Positions 1 to 14,458 of a stretch of 64,000 nucleotides of DNA are shown in pieces. This stretch comes from Eledone cirrhosa (taxonomy: Eukaryota). The stretch lies in the NCBI GenBank assembly GCA_964016885.1, contig OZ024740.1:387934001-387998000 (forward strand). Reading direction: 5' to 3'. Made by a program: the position numbers and the translations under genes. The notes beneath the pieces were generated by a model. That model had not been told where the DNA came from. It ran no database searches and was given only the letters and a program-made list of their open reading frames with translations. Each line of letters opens with the position of its first letter. Within the stretch, counting starts at the first letter, position 1.

Positions 1-831
1 AAAAAATATTTAAAGCTATTTACGGAATATTTATAGGAATATACGTATATAAGCGTCCGAAACATATTTGCAAGGGTGTAGAAAGAATGAAATAATTATA
101 TTTATTTTTATTTATTTAATTATATAATTTGGAAGTATTTATAATATAATGTGTGAATTATAAATTAACTATTAATTTAATATGTGAAAGATAGCTTATA
201 TTTATATATACAATTGGGTGTATTCTACGGGTGTGTTTTAATATCATGATGATTGCTGTTATAAGTATATTTTATTATATTATAAGAGATTAATTGTATA
301 TATAAATAGTTATGGTGAATATATAATTTATTTATTTAGTAGATAAATAGTTATGGTTGGATATAGATTCCGATTACATATGAAAACAGTTAGGATTTGT
401 TGAGCGAAGATATGTTTGCATTTTCTATATATAGCTTAAGAATGTGGAAATAATTATATTTTTGTATAGAAGATGTATATTATTTTGTATAATCTATAGT
501 TGTATCAGGATAGAAATATAAATTAAAAAAATTTCAATATTTATATAAAGTTTGAATGTTTCATAAAGGTTAAATGTAAGCAAGGTTTTATCAAAGGAAA
601 AGATAACTCTAATTTTAATTAGTTTAAGGAGTTTAAGTTATTTAAAGATATAGTTAGATTTAGCGTTTAGTCTAATAATTACTTTCAAATTATATTATAA
701 TTATAGTATATGTAAAACTTTATATAAGATTTTAGAGCATCATATGTTACATATGTTCAAGATATTAGTAAAAGGATAAAAACTTTCTATGTATAGATTT
801 TGATAACATTGAGTATAACATTAAGAAAGAC

Positions 832-1204
832 ATGAACGACGCCACATCATTTTGTTTTGAACATTTTGAAAGTAGGTTTATAAGTATGAATTTTCGTAAG
901 ATATTCGTAGTTGTCTCTGTGGCCTAGTGGTAGGTACTAGAGACGTTGGAGAATATGTCCTTGGAGTCGATCCTGGTCGAGAGGTACATGTATTCCTTTT
1001 CCGTTTCTATTTTACATCCCATAGAAATAACTGAAAAGATTTACCGGGAACCCTACTCTCGCTCAGGATCGAACTTCAGACCAAGGTTACCACTGTCTAT
1101 GATTCCTCAAATTAGGCCGCCCAGACAGCTACAAAAGTAGTGAAAATTAATAATTATAAACCTACTTTCAAAATCAAATTAAAAAAGATGTGGTGTCATT
1201 CATG
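832..1204. repeat. Old imperfect inverted repeat enclosing two convergent tRNA-like (SINE-head) segments
   Basis: CATGAACGACGCCACATC..TTTTGAAAGTAGGTTTATAA (832-882) mirrors TTATAAACCTACTTTCAAAA..GATGTGGTGTCATTCATG (1154-1204). + strand has A-box TGGCCTAGTGG (~920) and B-box-like GGAGTCGATCC (~963). - strand has GGCCTAAT and AAGTTCGATCC (1065-1120). Confidence 0.55.
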
Positions 1205-1407
1205 GTTTTCCTAGAGCTATTAGTCATATTTAGAGTCGACTTGTAAATCTTCTGGTTCTTTGGTAAGAACGTTATTATTCCTGTGGTTGTTTAACTGTTA
1301 AATTAATTTAACATGATTATTTTAACAAACAAATATCAAGCGTTAACCTAACAGTATATGCCTTCCATATACTGTACCGATTGTGTTGTTATTTCTGTTT
1401 ACCCTTT

Positions 1408-1638
<231 letters not shown>

Positions 1639-1650
1639 GGAACCAGTAAG

Positions 1651-1744
1651 ACCCCGACAGCTGAGCTCAAGCCGTTTCGACGGCTAATTCTGGACTAAAT
1701 GAAAATTTATCCTGGTATTTAAATAGCCGATCTTCTCAAGGGGT
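1651..1744 (-). ncRNA. Type-I hammerhead ribozyme (U3-A8 core variant), antisense copy
   Basis: Reverse complement of 1922-2015. Confidence 0.8.
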
Positions 1745-1921
1745 AATTCCATATATGGTCAAAGTGATTGTCAAAAATCAGTAGTAATTCTGTGGTTGCA
1801 AATTAGTAGGGGAGATGGTGGCTAAACCTGCCAGTAAAGTTTAGCCACCATCTCCCCTACTAATTTGCAACCACAGAATTACTACTGATTTTTGACAATC
1901 ACTTTGACCATATATGGAATT

Positions 1922-2015
1922 ACCCCTTGAGAAGATCGGCTATTTAAATACCAGGATAAATTTTCATTTAGTCCAGAATTAGCCGTCGAAACGGCTTGAG
2001 CTCAGCTGTCGGGGT
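1922..2015 (+). ncRNA. Type-I hammerhead ribozyme (U3-A8 core variant)
   Basis: Stem I ACCCC/GGGGT; core TTGAGAA; stem II GATCGGCTA...TAGCCGTC; GAAA; stem III CGGC-TTGAGCTCA-GCTG; GUC cleavage triplet ending at 2010. Confidence 0.8.
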
Positions 2016-2107
2016 CTTACTGGTTCCTATTACCCACTCTACTACCTCAAGTATTGAGTACTTTGGTGCGTTATGGTCCACCTGGTTCCTTACCACATTT
2101 CCTTCGT

Positions 2108-2139
<32 letters not shown>

Positions 2140-3044
2140 TATACATATATATACATATATATATACATATACATATATATATATATACATATATATACAT
2201 ATATATATACATATACATATATATATATATATACATATATATATGTGTGTGTGTGTGTTTAATGGTAGCTATGGTGCTTCCATAGGCGGTATGCCAGTTG
2301 AGCACTCTATGTTCTTACAGAGCAGAGTGTGATATAATATAAAAAAACGAAAAATCAGTGATGCATCTAGACTCAGTTTATTGCGTGTTACAATTGTTTC
2401 GCCGGCAGATAGCTCGAGATATGATCATTGTATGGCACTGCCTGATTCTATAACTGCAGGTTCTTCGGACACGTGCAATGCAAACACGTGCAATCCAAAC
2501 ATATTTGGATTTTAAAGTTTAAACTTATCTACGGAACAGGTTTGATTTTGAAATTTAAATTTGTCTAAGTACCACGGCTATTTGCCAATATGGTTTGTTT
2601 TTATTGATTTATTATTTTAAATCGAGACAGGCAAACTGTATTATTATAATTAGTATTTTTCAATCTAGCTAACTTAGTCTTTTACAATACAAACACTGAT
2701 ATGTTGGTATCTGTGTTTATCATATATATTAATTTATATTATCTTGTATTATATATATATATGGGCGAAACGTACGTAGGTGATATTTTAAATAAACATG
2801 TTTTAACGGTCTATTCTCCGATTTTTACTTTCCCACGTGCTTACGCTCTGCTAACTCCCTAGCCCACTAAATATTAACACTTCGAATATTTAATACTGCC
2901 GGCACTAGTATCGAGCACCTTTGGCATACGCTACTTGGCAAATAACTATATGTATCACCTATCCCCCCTTTTTTTCTCTTTCTCGATACGTAAATACTAT
3001 ATTACCATGCTCCTTTTGTAGAGCATCTCACCTTATTTACCACT

Positions 3045-4520
3045 ATGTTGGAGAACCAGCCGTTACCCATGTCTCTCAAGTGTATCCCCTTACCCAGCAG
3101 AAAAACCTACCTTAAACTGCTTATAGGCGCTACTAATTCGTTTATACGGAGAGTCAGATGGAAGGCCTACCACCTGGATAAGAACACCCGTAACCTTCCT
3201 GAACCCAAAGAGAGGTATGGCTTCAAAACATACCGAAACCCACCGCACAACAACCTACTGGACTCCTTTGAAGAGGACCTGCTGAAAATGATCAAAAACG
3301 TTAAGCTCAGAAAGAAACACCAATGCAGCAATCCATTCTTAACGTCCCTTGATACACTAATAACTAAGATCAAGAATGACCCGCACCTCTTCGTCACCTC
3401 CGACAAAACCAAAAAGCTGTACAAGATGGAGGCGAGTGAGTATAAAAAATTCATCTATAAGGAACTACACAAAGACTACAAAAAGACACCCTCTAGTACC
3501 CTAAATGACATAAATAGAGTAGGGAAGGATATAGTCACCAGCTTAGAAATAGAAAAGTACACTAACCCGTACGTCCCTCTGACGCCTAAATTCTCTCTTA
3601 AGGATCACAAATACGACTTTAATGAAAGCCCCTCTATTAGACTAATATGCCCCTCTACATCAGATATAGGTAAGATTAGTAAAGTGATCCTCGACAGAGT
3701 ACTACTCGAGCTTAATAGAAAGGCTAAGGTCTGCCTCTGGGGCAACACCGACCAGGTCATAAATTGGTTCACCGAGTTGCCGGATAAAGCCACCCTGAAA
3801 TTCATCCAGTTTGATATAGATAGCTACTACGCCTCTATCTCCCCCATACTCTTAAATAAGGCACTTATCTTAGCTAGATCTAACACTAGCCTCACTAAAA
3901 AAGAAATAGACATAATTCTAGCGGCACATAGAACCATTATCCAGTTCGAAGGCTCCCACTGGACCAGAACCAACCGTCCTGATAACTTCGATGTCACGAT
4001 GGGGTCCAGTGACTCAGCGCAAGCAACTGACCTGGTTGGGATATACCTCCTACACAAGCTTAGGGAAGAAATACCGGCCCTACAAGGAGGTGTATATAGG
4101 GACGACGCCCTGTTTACCGTTAGGAACCATAGCCCCCGTAGGATAGAGAACCTTAACAAACATATACACAGGTTCTTTAAGTCATACGGCCTATCCGTAA
4201 CTATGGACCTCAACCACAGGGTTGTCAACTTCCTGGACGTGACCCTGGAGTTGAGTACGGGCTTATACAAGCCATACCATAAGCCTGGAGAGTGCCTCTC
4301 TTATATTAATTATGCCTCCAACCACCCTAAGCAGACTCTCAACTCCATAGTCTATAGTATCTCACATAGAATCTCGAGGTTATCCGCCAATGAGGATATC
4401 TTCAACCAAGCGGCTGATTACTACAATAGGGCCCTGATAAGCGCCGGCTTTAACCGAGGAATTTCCTACATCCCTAACGCTAGCTCTAGAAACCACCCCC
4501 TCATAAAACTAACGTTATAG
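3045..4520 (+). CDS. PLE reverse transcriptase (N-terminal part of a frameshifted ~910-aa ORF)
   Basis: SLKCIPLP..RRVRWKAY N-terminus, SDKT, KDHK..F...P..RLICP, FDIDSYY, VTMGSSDSA, YRDD, NFLDVTL, YINYASNHP. Frame slips at the C5 run at ~4496-4500. Confidence 0.92.
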   Translation: MLENQPLPMSLKCIPLPSRKTYLKLLIGATNSFIRRVRWKAYHLDKNTRNLPEPKERYGFKTYRNPPHNNLLDSFEEDLLKMIKNVKLRKKHQCSNPFLTSLDTLITKIKNDPHLFVTSDKTKKLYKMEASEYKKFIYKELHKDYKKTPSSTLNDINRVGKDIVTSLEIEKYTNPYVPLTPKFSLKDHKYDFNESPSIRLICPSTSDIGKISKVILDRVLLELNRKAKVCLWGNTDQVINWFTELPDKATLKFIQFDIDSYYASISPILLNKALILARSNTSLTKKEIDIILAAHRTIIQFEGSHWTRTNRPDNFDVTMGSSDSAQATDLVGIYLLHKLREEIPALQGGVYRDDALFTVRNHSPRRIENLNKHIHRFFKSYGLSVTMDLNHRVVNFLDVTLELSTGLYKPYHKPGECLSYINYASNHPKQTLNSIVYSISHRISRLSANEDIFNQAADYYNRALISAGFNRGISYIPNASSRNHPLIKLTL

Positions 4521-4863
4521 TAAGCCATACCTATAACCGATCACGCGGCGACCTCGTTGAAGTCGGATATAATAGAATAGATAACCGCACCAAAGATCAC
4601 GTCCCCGGCGACGGTGAACACTGTAGATTACTCAAACTATTCCCCTATTACAAAACCAACAAAGGCGACGGCCTACTACCAACGCCTTCCAACCAACATC
4701 TTCGTGTACATAAACATGGAAGAGGTAGAAAGAGTGCACCCGAACATAAAGTGAAAGGGGCACCGAACGGACGACTGCGCATTAACACACATAAGAGCGG
4801 TCACTTAGATGGAACCACCCGTAGCAAAAATACAAGGACACGTAATTGCCACCGTAACGTCCT

Positions 4864-5775
4864 ATGGTTCCACCCCCCTACTCTCAGAGTGTGGCCTCCA
4901 ACATACCCCGGATATTCTTCGAAGCCTTAGAGAAGAACTTCCCGCCCAACCATAGGTATAGAAAAATTCTTAATAGGAACAATATAAAAATATCCTTCTC
5001 TACTACTCCTAACCTAGCAGACATCATAGGAACAACGAACCACAGTAAGATCACCAAGACACAGCACCTCGACACAGACGCACCTACACCTGACAATAAC
5101 TATATCGGCCTTAACAACTCCCTGGCAGCATCCAATAGTGTTGGCAACGGCATCCGCAGACGCAACCAGAATGACCGCGAAGTGACTGGGGAACATGCGG
5201 AACATGACGTGCGGAATAACGATCGCACCGTCCCGCGTGCTGTGGGTTGTAATTGTGCTAACGACAGCTGCGGTAGCGTAGGTAACAACGTAGGCAGCAA
5301 CAATGATAGCCTTACCGTGGGAAATAGACGGAACCGCGACAGAAATTGCAACTGCCGCGACAGAGGACGCTGCCCCCTTAGAGGATACTGCTTGACTGAT
5401 AGGGTTATATATAGATGCACTATTACTATCCACAATAGCGTTAAACATTATATAGGGGCCACCTCCGGCCCGTTCAAAATTAGGTTTCGAACACATCTCC
5501 ACTCTTTCACAAATAGAAAACTAAGGCACTCCACTTCGCTCGCGGACTACATCACATCACTAAAGGACTCAAACATCAGCTTCTCCACGCACTGGGAGAT
5601 TGTCGGCAGGGCTGCACCGTACAACTTCAAGAGGAAATGCGATCTTTGCCTCATGGAGCTCTACCACATCATAACTGCACCCCACGAGCTCATCAACAGC
5701 AGAGCTGAAACCGCGATAAGTTGTACACATCGCTTAAAAATATCCTTCTTTAGATGGGTTAAGGATGAAGAGTGA
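4864..5775 (+). CDS. PLE linker + GIY-YIG endonuclease (C-terminal part of the same ORF)
   Basis: (WFH)PPYS..FPPNHRYRKILNRNNIKISFS; CNCRDRGRCPLRGYC Zn motif; VIYRC..HYIG; F..RF..H..SF; KCDLC..E..LIN..E....CTH. Confidence 0.92.
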   Translation: MVPPPYSQSVASNIPRIFFEALEKNFPPNHRYRKILNRNNIKISFSTTPNLADIIGTTNHSKITKTQHLDTDAPTPDNNYIGLNNSLAASNSVGNGIRRRNQNDREVTGEHAEHDVRNNDRTVPRAVGCNCANDSCGSVGNNVGSNNDSLTVGNRRNRDRNCNCRDRGRCPLRGYCLTDRVIYRCTITIHNSVKHYIGATSGPFKIRFRTHLHSFTNRKLRHSTSLADYITSLKDSNISFSTHWEIVGRAAPYNFKRKCDLCLMELYHIITAPHELINSRAETAISCTHRLKISFFRWVKDEE

Positions 5776-6070
5776 AATAGTACACTGGATCTCCCTGCAA
5801 CAAGTCTTAACACCCCGGCGGGCAGGCGCTGCAAAATAACACCCAGAAAACAATCCTTGCATACCAGACCCAGCCTCAGACAAACGGATGCGGCAAAAAA
5901 AAAAAAAAAAAAAATTAGCCGGGAAAGACTGCCCTAACACCGGCCAGAGTTACCTCCCTTGACCTGCTGCAAAATCAAAACAAGATATTTTTGCGAGCAA
6001 TGAATCGTGATGTAGATTTAACCCCCAAAACTCTTTCCGAACTATATATGGAACACTTGTGATTATTTAT

Positions 6071-6108
6071 GCCCTTGAGAAGCCCAACTGGGCGAAACGT
6101 ACGTAGGT
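6071..6108 (+). ncRNA. Minimal type-I hammerhead ribozyme in the PLE pLTR (U3-A8 variant)
   Basis: (G)CCC-TTGAGAA-GCCC/AACT/GGGC-GAAA-CGTACG-TA-GG(T); palindromic stem III ACGTACGT; short stem I. The 5' pLTR copy (2762) retains only the 3' half. Confidence 0.75.
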
Positions 6109-6147
6109 GATATTTTAAATAAACATGTTTTAACGGTCTATTCTCCG

Positions 6148-6178
<31 letters not shown>

Positions 6179-6313
6179 TAATAATAATAAATTTGAAGAC
6201 TAAAATCCAAAGAGGGCTCGATAAGGATAAATATATATCAAATATATAAGAACCGTAGAGCAAATATTTATTAAAATAATCTGTTATTTTAATAAATATA
6301 TATATATATATTT

Positions 6314-6367
<54 letters not shown>

Positions 6368-6383
6368 TTAATATATATATTTA

Positions 6384-6424
<41 letters not shown>

Positions 6425-6425
<1 letters not shown>

Positions 6426-7507
6426 CCCTGCATAAGGTTAGCCCCAGAACCACCGATGGGTTTCGGAAAAACTTAAGCTCTTTCTTCTATAATCTAGGAT
6501 TTAGTATAACTATAGATTCTAATTTGACTAGGGCCAACTTCTTAGATGTCACTCTCGACCTAGATACTTCCCTCTATTACCCGTACCACAAACCTAACGA
6601 GTCCCTTAAATATATTAATGTTAATTCAAACCACCCCCAAAACATCACTGATAACCTAGTAAAAAGCGTCTCTATTAGAATATCTGGCCTCTCCGCCAAC
6701 AAAGATATTTTTAATGCATCTGCCTCCTACTACAATGACGCACTAGCCCGTAGCGGATTTAAAGATAAGATAACTTACCTAGAAACCACCGCAAGATTGC
6801 AGAGGAGGAATAGACATAGGCAGATAAGCTGGTACAACCCTCCCTTCAATAGAGAGGTATCTACTCCGATAGCTAGGATTTTCTTCACTTTACTGAAATT
6901 ACACTTCCCCATACAACATAGGTACTACACCATCTTTAATAAGAACACTATAAGACTGTCTTACTCCACCACACCTAACCTAGCTAGGAATATAGCCAAC
7001 CACAATTCTAAACTAAATAAGCCAACCACCTCCGAAACCAATCCCCGGACTGGGGCTCTATGTAATTGCCTAAATAAGGAAGCATGCCCACTTGAAAACA
7101 AATGCCTCACAAATGACATCGTATACAAATGCGATGTCATCTCAGGCACCGAGGATTGCAAAAAAACTTACATCGGCATGACCTCCAACAACTTTAAGAC
7201 CCGTTGGTATGCCCATACCCACTCCTTCAGAAGACCGGATAAATCAAATCAGACAACACTCGCCTCCTACGTTTGGGACCTCAAAAGGAACTCCACCCCC
7301 TTCACGCTTAATTGGAAAATACTCCAGAAAGCGCGCTCTTACAACGGAGGACACAAGGGCTGCGACCTTTGTATTTCAGAGAGCTACGAAATTTTATTCG
7401 CCAAGGGCCCGCTACTGAACAAACTCTCTGAACACTGCCCGAACTGCATGCACAAGAACTTTGCAACTTTCAAACACTTTAAGCCAGTGTTAAAGCCCGA
7501 TGGCTAA
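6425..7507 (+). CDS. PLE RT thumb + GIY-YIG endonuclease, 5'-truncated, frame intact
   Basis: [66 protein letters not shown]....CMH. Confidence 0.92.
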
Positions 7508-7679
7508 AAACGACCTCCCCCTATTGGCCCCTATACCTCCTCCCCACCCTACCCCCACCCCTCCTCAACCTGAAATACGGCCACTATGGTTATGTGAGTA
7601 CCTCTTTCGTATCTACATTTTCTGCCTGTTGAGGTGTCTTTATGTGCCTGCGTATATGCGTATATTTATTGAGTTCCTA

Positions 7680-10250
<2,571 letters not shown>

Positions 10251-10696
10251 TCTGTTGATTTTTGGCATATAGTTGATTAGTTTAAGAGAAGTTCGAAGAT
10301 AATAGTAAGATATGCACTCAGTATTTTGAATCTGTCTGCAGAATTCTCTAGACCTTTGTCACTTAGTAGAACCTTAATGATTTTAGCTTTTAAAGAATCT
10401 CCCCTTTCTTTAATTCTATCGACCATGACTGACCCCCCACTGATTTTATAGACATCTGTTAGCTTAAGAGAAACTTAATGACAAGGAATGGTATGCCATC
10501 CGGAACCTGTTTATAGAATTCTGTCTGCCCTTGTTACTCTAAAAACATAAATAAATAAAAATAAACTATAGCTTTGTAGAATTAGCTTTTAATGAATTCC
10601 CTTTTCTATCAACCAATGACCTGCACCCATCCCACTCCCCACCCTCTCCTACCACTTGTAGAGACCTATAAATACCATATTTATTTTTTGATGCCC

Positions 10697-10747
10697 AGAT
10701 TCCTGATGATTGCTAATGAATGAAACAGTTCTAGTCCTGTAGAATCT
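10697..10747 (+). ncRNA. Type-I hammerhead ribozyme (weak stem II)
   Basis: AGATTC-CTGATGA-ttgctaatgaat-GAAA-CAG/ttctagtc/CTG-TA-GAATCT. Related degenerate copy at 58241-58289. Confidence 0.7.
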
Positions 10748-10759
10748 CATCTATATTAA

Positions 10760-10797
<38 letters not shown>

Positions 10798-10814
10798 CGA
10801 GCATAACGGTATTG

Positions 10815-10939
10815 ATATGCAAACGACATTAATAATGATGACGATTATGATGATAATTGTGATGTCTTTGATGACGATGGCGATAGTGATTAAGATAGTG
10901 TCGATGATGATGAGGATGATGGGGATGATGGGGATGATG

Positions 10940-10971
<32 letters not shown>

Positions 10972-11072
10972 AATGATTATGATGATGATGAGGATGATGA
11001 TAGTGATGATGATGATGACGAGGATGGTGAGGATGATGATTATGATTATGATGATGATGAGGATGATGGTGG

Positions 11073-11105
<33 letters not shown>

Positions 11106-11185
11106 GGATGATGATGATGATGATGATGATGATAGTGATAATGTTAATGAGGATGACGATGATGTTGATGATGATAGGATGATAA
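10815..11185. repeat. Imperfect (ATG)n trinucleotide microsatellite
   Basis: Direct reading. Confidence 0.95.
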
Positions 11186-11587
11186 AGCTTCTTTGATAGC
11201 AACTGAGCAGGCTATCAATTCGTGGTAGTGATGACTACAATGCTGAAAGAGAGGATATTAAATAGAAATAAGAAAAATTAAACACATCGAAAATGATTCT
11301 ATTCAGATAATTTAGTATATATGATATTCATGTCGATTTGATAGCAATGAAATCTTTATAAACGTAACTTGCCTGTGATAGGTAAATACAATGACAGAGA
11401 TGTATCCTCTTTTTTGTTAATGGATTTTACTTTTTATTTCTAATTCAATAACACAGAGAATATTCACATCGTTATATAACGTCTCTTAAATAAAAGCACC
11501 CCCCCCCCCCCAAAAAAAAATAATGATCACTGTTCATGATACCATAAAAATAGACACCTTTATAACTACCATTCTTTGCAGTAAGCA

Positions 11588-11652
11588 TTCTTCTTCTTCT
11601 TCTTCTTCTTCTTCTTCTTCTTCTTCTTCTTCTTCTTCTTCTTCTTCTTCTT
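11588..11652. repeat. (TTC)n microsatellite
   Basis: Direct reading. Confidence 0.97.
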
Positions 11653-11989
11653 GGAAAGCTCGTGTACCGCTTCTACCTGAAGCACCTTTCTGATCTACGG
11701 ATTCTATCGAGTAACGTTAGTTTAAACAGCCTTCGGGGACACCCCATTTCGGTCGCTTGTATTCGGGGTCGTATTCTTTCGGTCATTACGCAAATATTTT
11801 GAGAGTTGAGGTAAGAGTTGCCTAGAATACTGAATTGAAAATAGAAGTTTTAATTACCGAATGCTGAAGCCGGTGCATTACTACAACAACTTCTGCAATT
11901 GTTGCACTTAATTTAGCAAATGTAGAATGAGCTAGGTTCCTTCATAAGGCTAGTGTCTCACTCTTCGCAGCACTGATTTTCGTACCAGC

Positions 11990-12815
11990 CGTGCAGCACT
12001 CGGCATCAACCCTAATACGTACATGTCGGAGATCATCTTCTTACAAGTTAAGTTTTGCCATGCAGTCTGCTAATGCTAGTCGACTGATCTGACAACCTCC
12101 AGTCTTGATAACATTCCCAGCCCGGCTTCGCATGTCAATCAAGTTCATGAAGATTACGAACAGGAGAGGTGACAGTACGCACCCTTGTTAGCGTTAAACA
12201 CCCACATTGAATTATTTCGATTTAGCACCAGTTATCTGAACATAAATACTCGGGTATTTGTATAGAGACATCAAGGCAACAAGAAGCTGGCCATCGATTC
12301 CATAGTCCTCCAGAACCTTCCGCAACAGGTCATGTGGAACGTGGTCATATGTACTTTCGTAGTCTGCGAAGCAAGCATAAACTTCTTTGCAGTTGTCCCT
12401 TGATTTCTCAAAGACCTGCTGCAGTGTGAATATTTGGTTGTCTGTGCTGCCTCCTGCTCGAAATCCCCGCTGTGCATCATTGTCAGACTCTTAGCATAGA
12501 TATTACAGAGGAGGCGTAACAACCAGATCCTTCTATAATTGGAGCAATCTCTCTTATCCCCCTAAGGGCCCTTCGAGAGATCCAGACTAATCGGCACACA
12601 CAAGTCAGACAGTAAATGCCTTTTTTATTTAAAGCATTTAATATCTCGGACTGAATTTCATCCTCCCCAATGGCCATTTGAGTTCTTTAATTGCTGTTGT
12701 AACTTCAAACTCCGACAGACTATCTGTCGCTGCCAGATGCACCACGTGTACATCAGAAAATGCTGTTGCAACTGGGTTTAGGAGATTAACAAAGTATTCT
12801 CTGCAATACTTTTGT
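11990..12815 (-). mobile_element. Decayed RTE-type LINE reverse transcriptase fragment
   Basis: Frameshifted pieces: YCREYFVNLLNP..EVTTAIKELK, GEDEIQSEILNAL, TTDQIF, QGCVLSPLLFVIFMNLID, LADCM. Same family as 23275-23625. Confidence 0.75.
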
Positions 12816-13238
12816 TTCATGAATGTAAGGCATACTGCTTTAGCAGAAACACGAAAGTTGCTTCCATTTATTCTTACTGTAGGTGTGGGTATTTATATGT
12901 ATTTTCAGAGTGAGGATTTAGTGCAAGCGATGATCGTTCGTACTTGTATTTGTCATGTTAAGGCAGTACCCTCGAGGCATGAAGTAGTGGTATGTTAGAA
13001 AGCTTTCGAATATTGGCTTGCTGAACTGCATATTTTTAAAGACAGTACTCCAGATGCGATTGGGCTAATTTTCTCTTCTGTTAGTATCGATGTTGTGGAG
13101 TTGGATATATATTTTAACATTGCTATTTGCCGAAGAATGACTTATGTCTGATACGTAGAAACTCTCATTTTACTTCTTCCCAGTCGCGAACCTAAGAAAT
13201 GTTTATTTTGCATCTCTCTGTTAGTCTTGTTTACTCTT

Positions 13239-13320
<82 letters not shown>

Positions 13321-13352
13321 ATCAAAAGATGGTTAAAAGAGTTCCATGTATT

Positions 13353-13415
13353 TTATTATGCGCATTTCAAAAACAAATATCATCATGCAATAACATTTGT
13401 GTTTTCATCAGATAA
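13353..13415 (-). ncRNA. Type-I hammerhead ribozyme
   Basis: TTAT-CTGATGA-long stem II (AAACACAAATGTTATTGCATGATGATATTTGTTTTT)-GAAA-TGCGCA-TA-ATAA; palindromic stem III. Confidence 0.8.
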
Positions 13416-13777
13416 AATAGGAAGACATGATATGAAGGTTAAAAAACACTTGTGGATAGTGGAGTTTTAAATCAACATATGAAAAGTAGTTTTAGATTGA
13501 TGTGTGATATTGGGGAAAATTTTTTTGAGGGGGGGGGGTGGAAAGGATGAAAAAGAGGAGGAGATGAGAGTAAAAAGTGGAGGGGGAGGAGTATAATGAG
13601 AAAGGATAAGATAGGAGGAGAGATGGGTGATAGAGAGAGAGAGATAGCTTTTATAACTGAGAAAAATATATTGTTTTACATAGAGAGGTTGAAAAGCCGT
13701 TGGAAGATAATGTATAAATTAAAAGAATTTGAAAATTAACGAACAGAAAAATAATGTAAAGTTAAGGTTTGTATATT

Positions 13778-13945
13778 GAAGGGTTTAATAATATGTGCGA
13801 TGAAAAGAAATTGTTAATATGTATTAAGAATAATATTTAAGGGTTTAATAATATGTGCGATGGAAAGAAAATGTTAATATGTATTAAGAATAATATTTAA
13901 GGGTTTAATAATATGTGCGATGGCAAGAAAATGTTGATATGTATT
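13778..13945. repeat. ~59-60-bp minisatellite, ~3 copies
   Basis: AAGGGTTTAATAATATGTGCGATG..AAGAAA..GTT.ATATGTATTAAGAATAATATTT repeated. Confidence 0.9.
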
Positions 13946-14395
13946 ATTAAAAATAGCAAAGGTAATGTAAGTAAGGATATATTTCTTATTTCTTATATAT
14001 TTCTTTTCTTTTTCTTTTAATTTCTAACCCCTAATCTGTACCTTTTCTCACTGTGCCTAACATTGAAACAATTATTACACAATACAATATATTCTTACTT
14101 TATATCACCTTGAAAAAATCCTCTATGTAAAAAATTCTCTATGTAAAAAAATATATTTTTCTCAGTTATAAAAGCTATCTCTCTCTCTCTATCACCCATC
14201 TCTCCTCCTATATTATACTCATCCCCCTCCACTTTTTACTCTCATCTTCTCCTCTTTTTCATCCTTTCCAACCTCCCCCCTCAAACATTTTTTTCCCCCA
14301 ATATCACACATCAATCTAAAACTACTTTTCATATGTTGATTTAAAACTGCACTATCCACAAGTGTTTTTTAACCTTCATATCATGTCTTCCTATT

Positions 14396-14458
14396 TTATC
14401 TCATGAAAACACAAATGTTATTGCATGATGATATTTGTTTTTGAAATGCGCATAATAA
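14396..14458 (+). ncRNA. Hammerhead copy with G5C core mutation (CTCATGA), likely inactive
   Basis: Mirror of 13353-13415 apart from the core change. Confidence 0.7.

Larger units (their letters stand above)
2762..6152 (+). mobile_element. Near-full-length Penelope-like retroelement, Naiad-type, inserted in (TA)n
   Basis: RT plus GIY-YIG coding region; identical 64-bp direct repeat (partial pLTR) at 2762-2825 and 6089-6152; HHR in the 3' pLTR; (TA)n flanks. Confidence 0.93.

Noticed and set aside
914-985. Functional tRNA gene
   Set aside because: A and B boxes are present but there is no consistent cloverleaf; treated as a SINE-like head.
4490-4880. Programmed ribosomal frameshifting or an intron in the PLE ORF
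   Set aside because: Both shifts fall in C homopolymers with no canonical slippery heptamer, and the intervening frame is open. Sequencing error or slippage is simpler.
5773-6070. Selenocysteine read-through of the PLE TGA stop (some Naiads encode selenoproteins); the frame stays open to ~5937
   Set aside because: The TGA is not at a conserved Cys position, all zinc-ligand Cys use TGY, and I see no convincing SECIS hairpin downstream.
10762-11202. Poly-Met / poly-Ile ORFs
   Set aside because: (ATG)n microsatellite.
13778-13945. CRISPR-like array
   Set aside because: Head-to-tail minisatellite without unique spacers; eukaryotic context, no cas genes.
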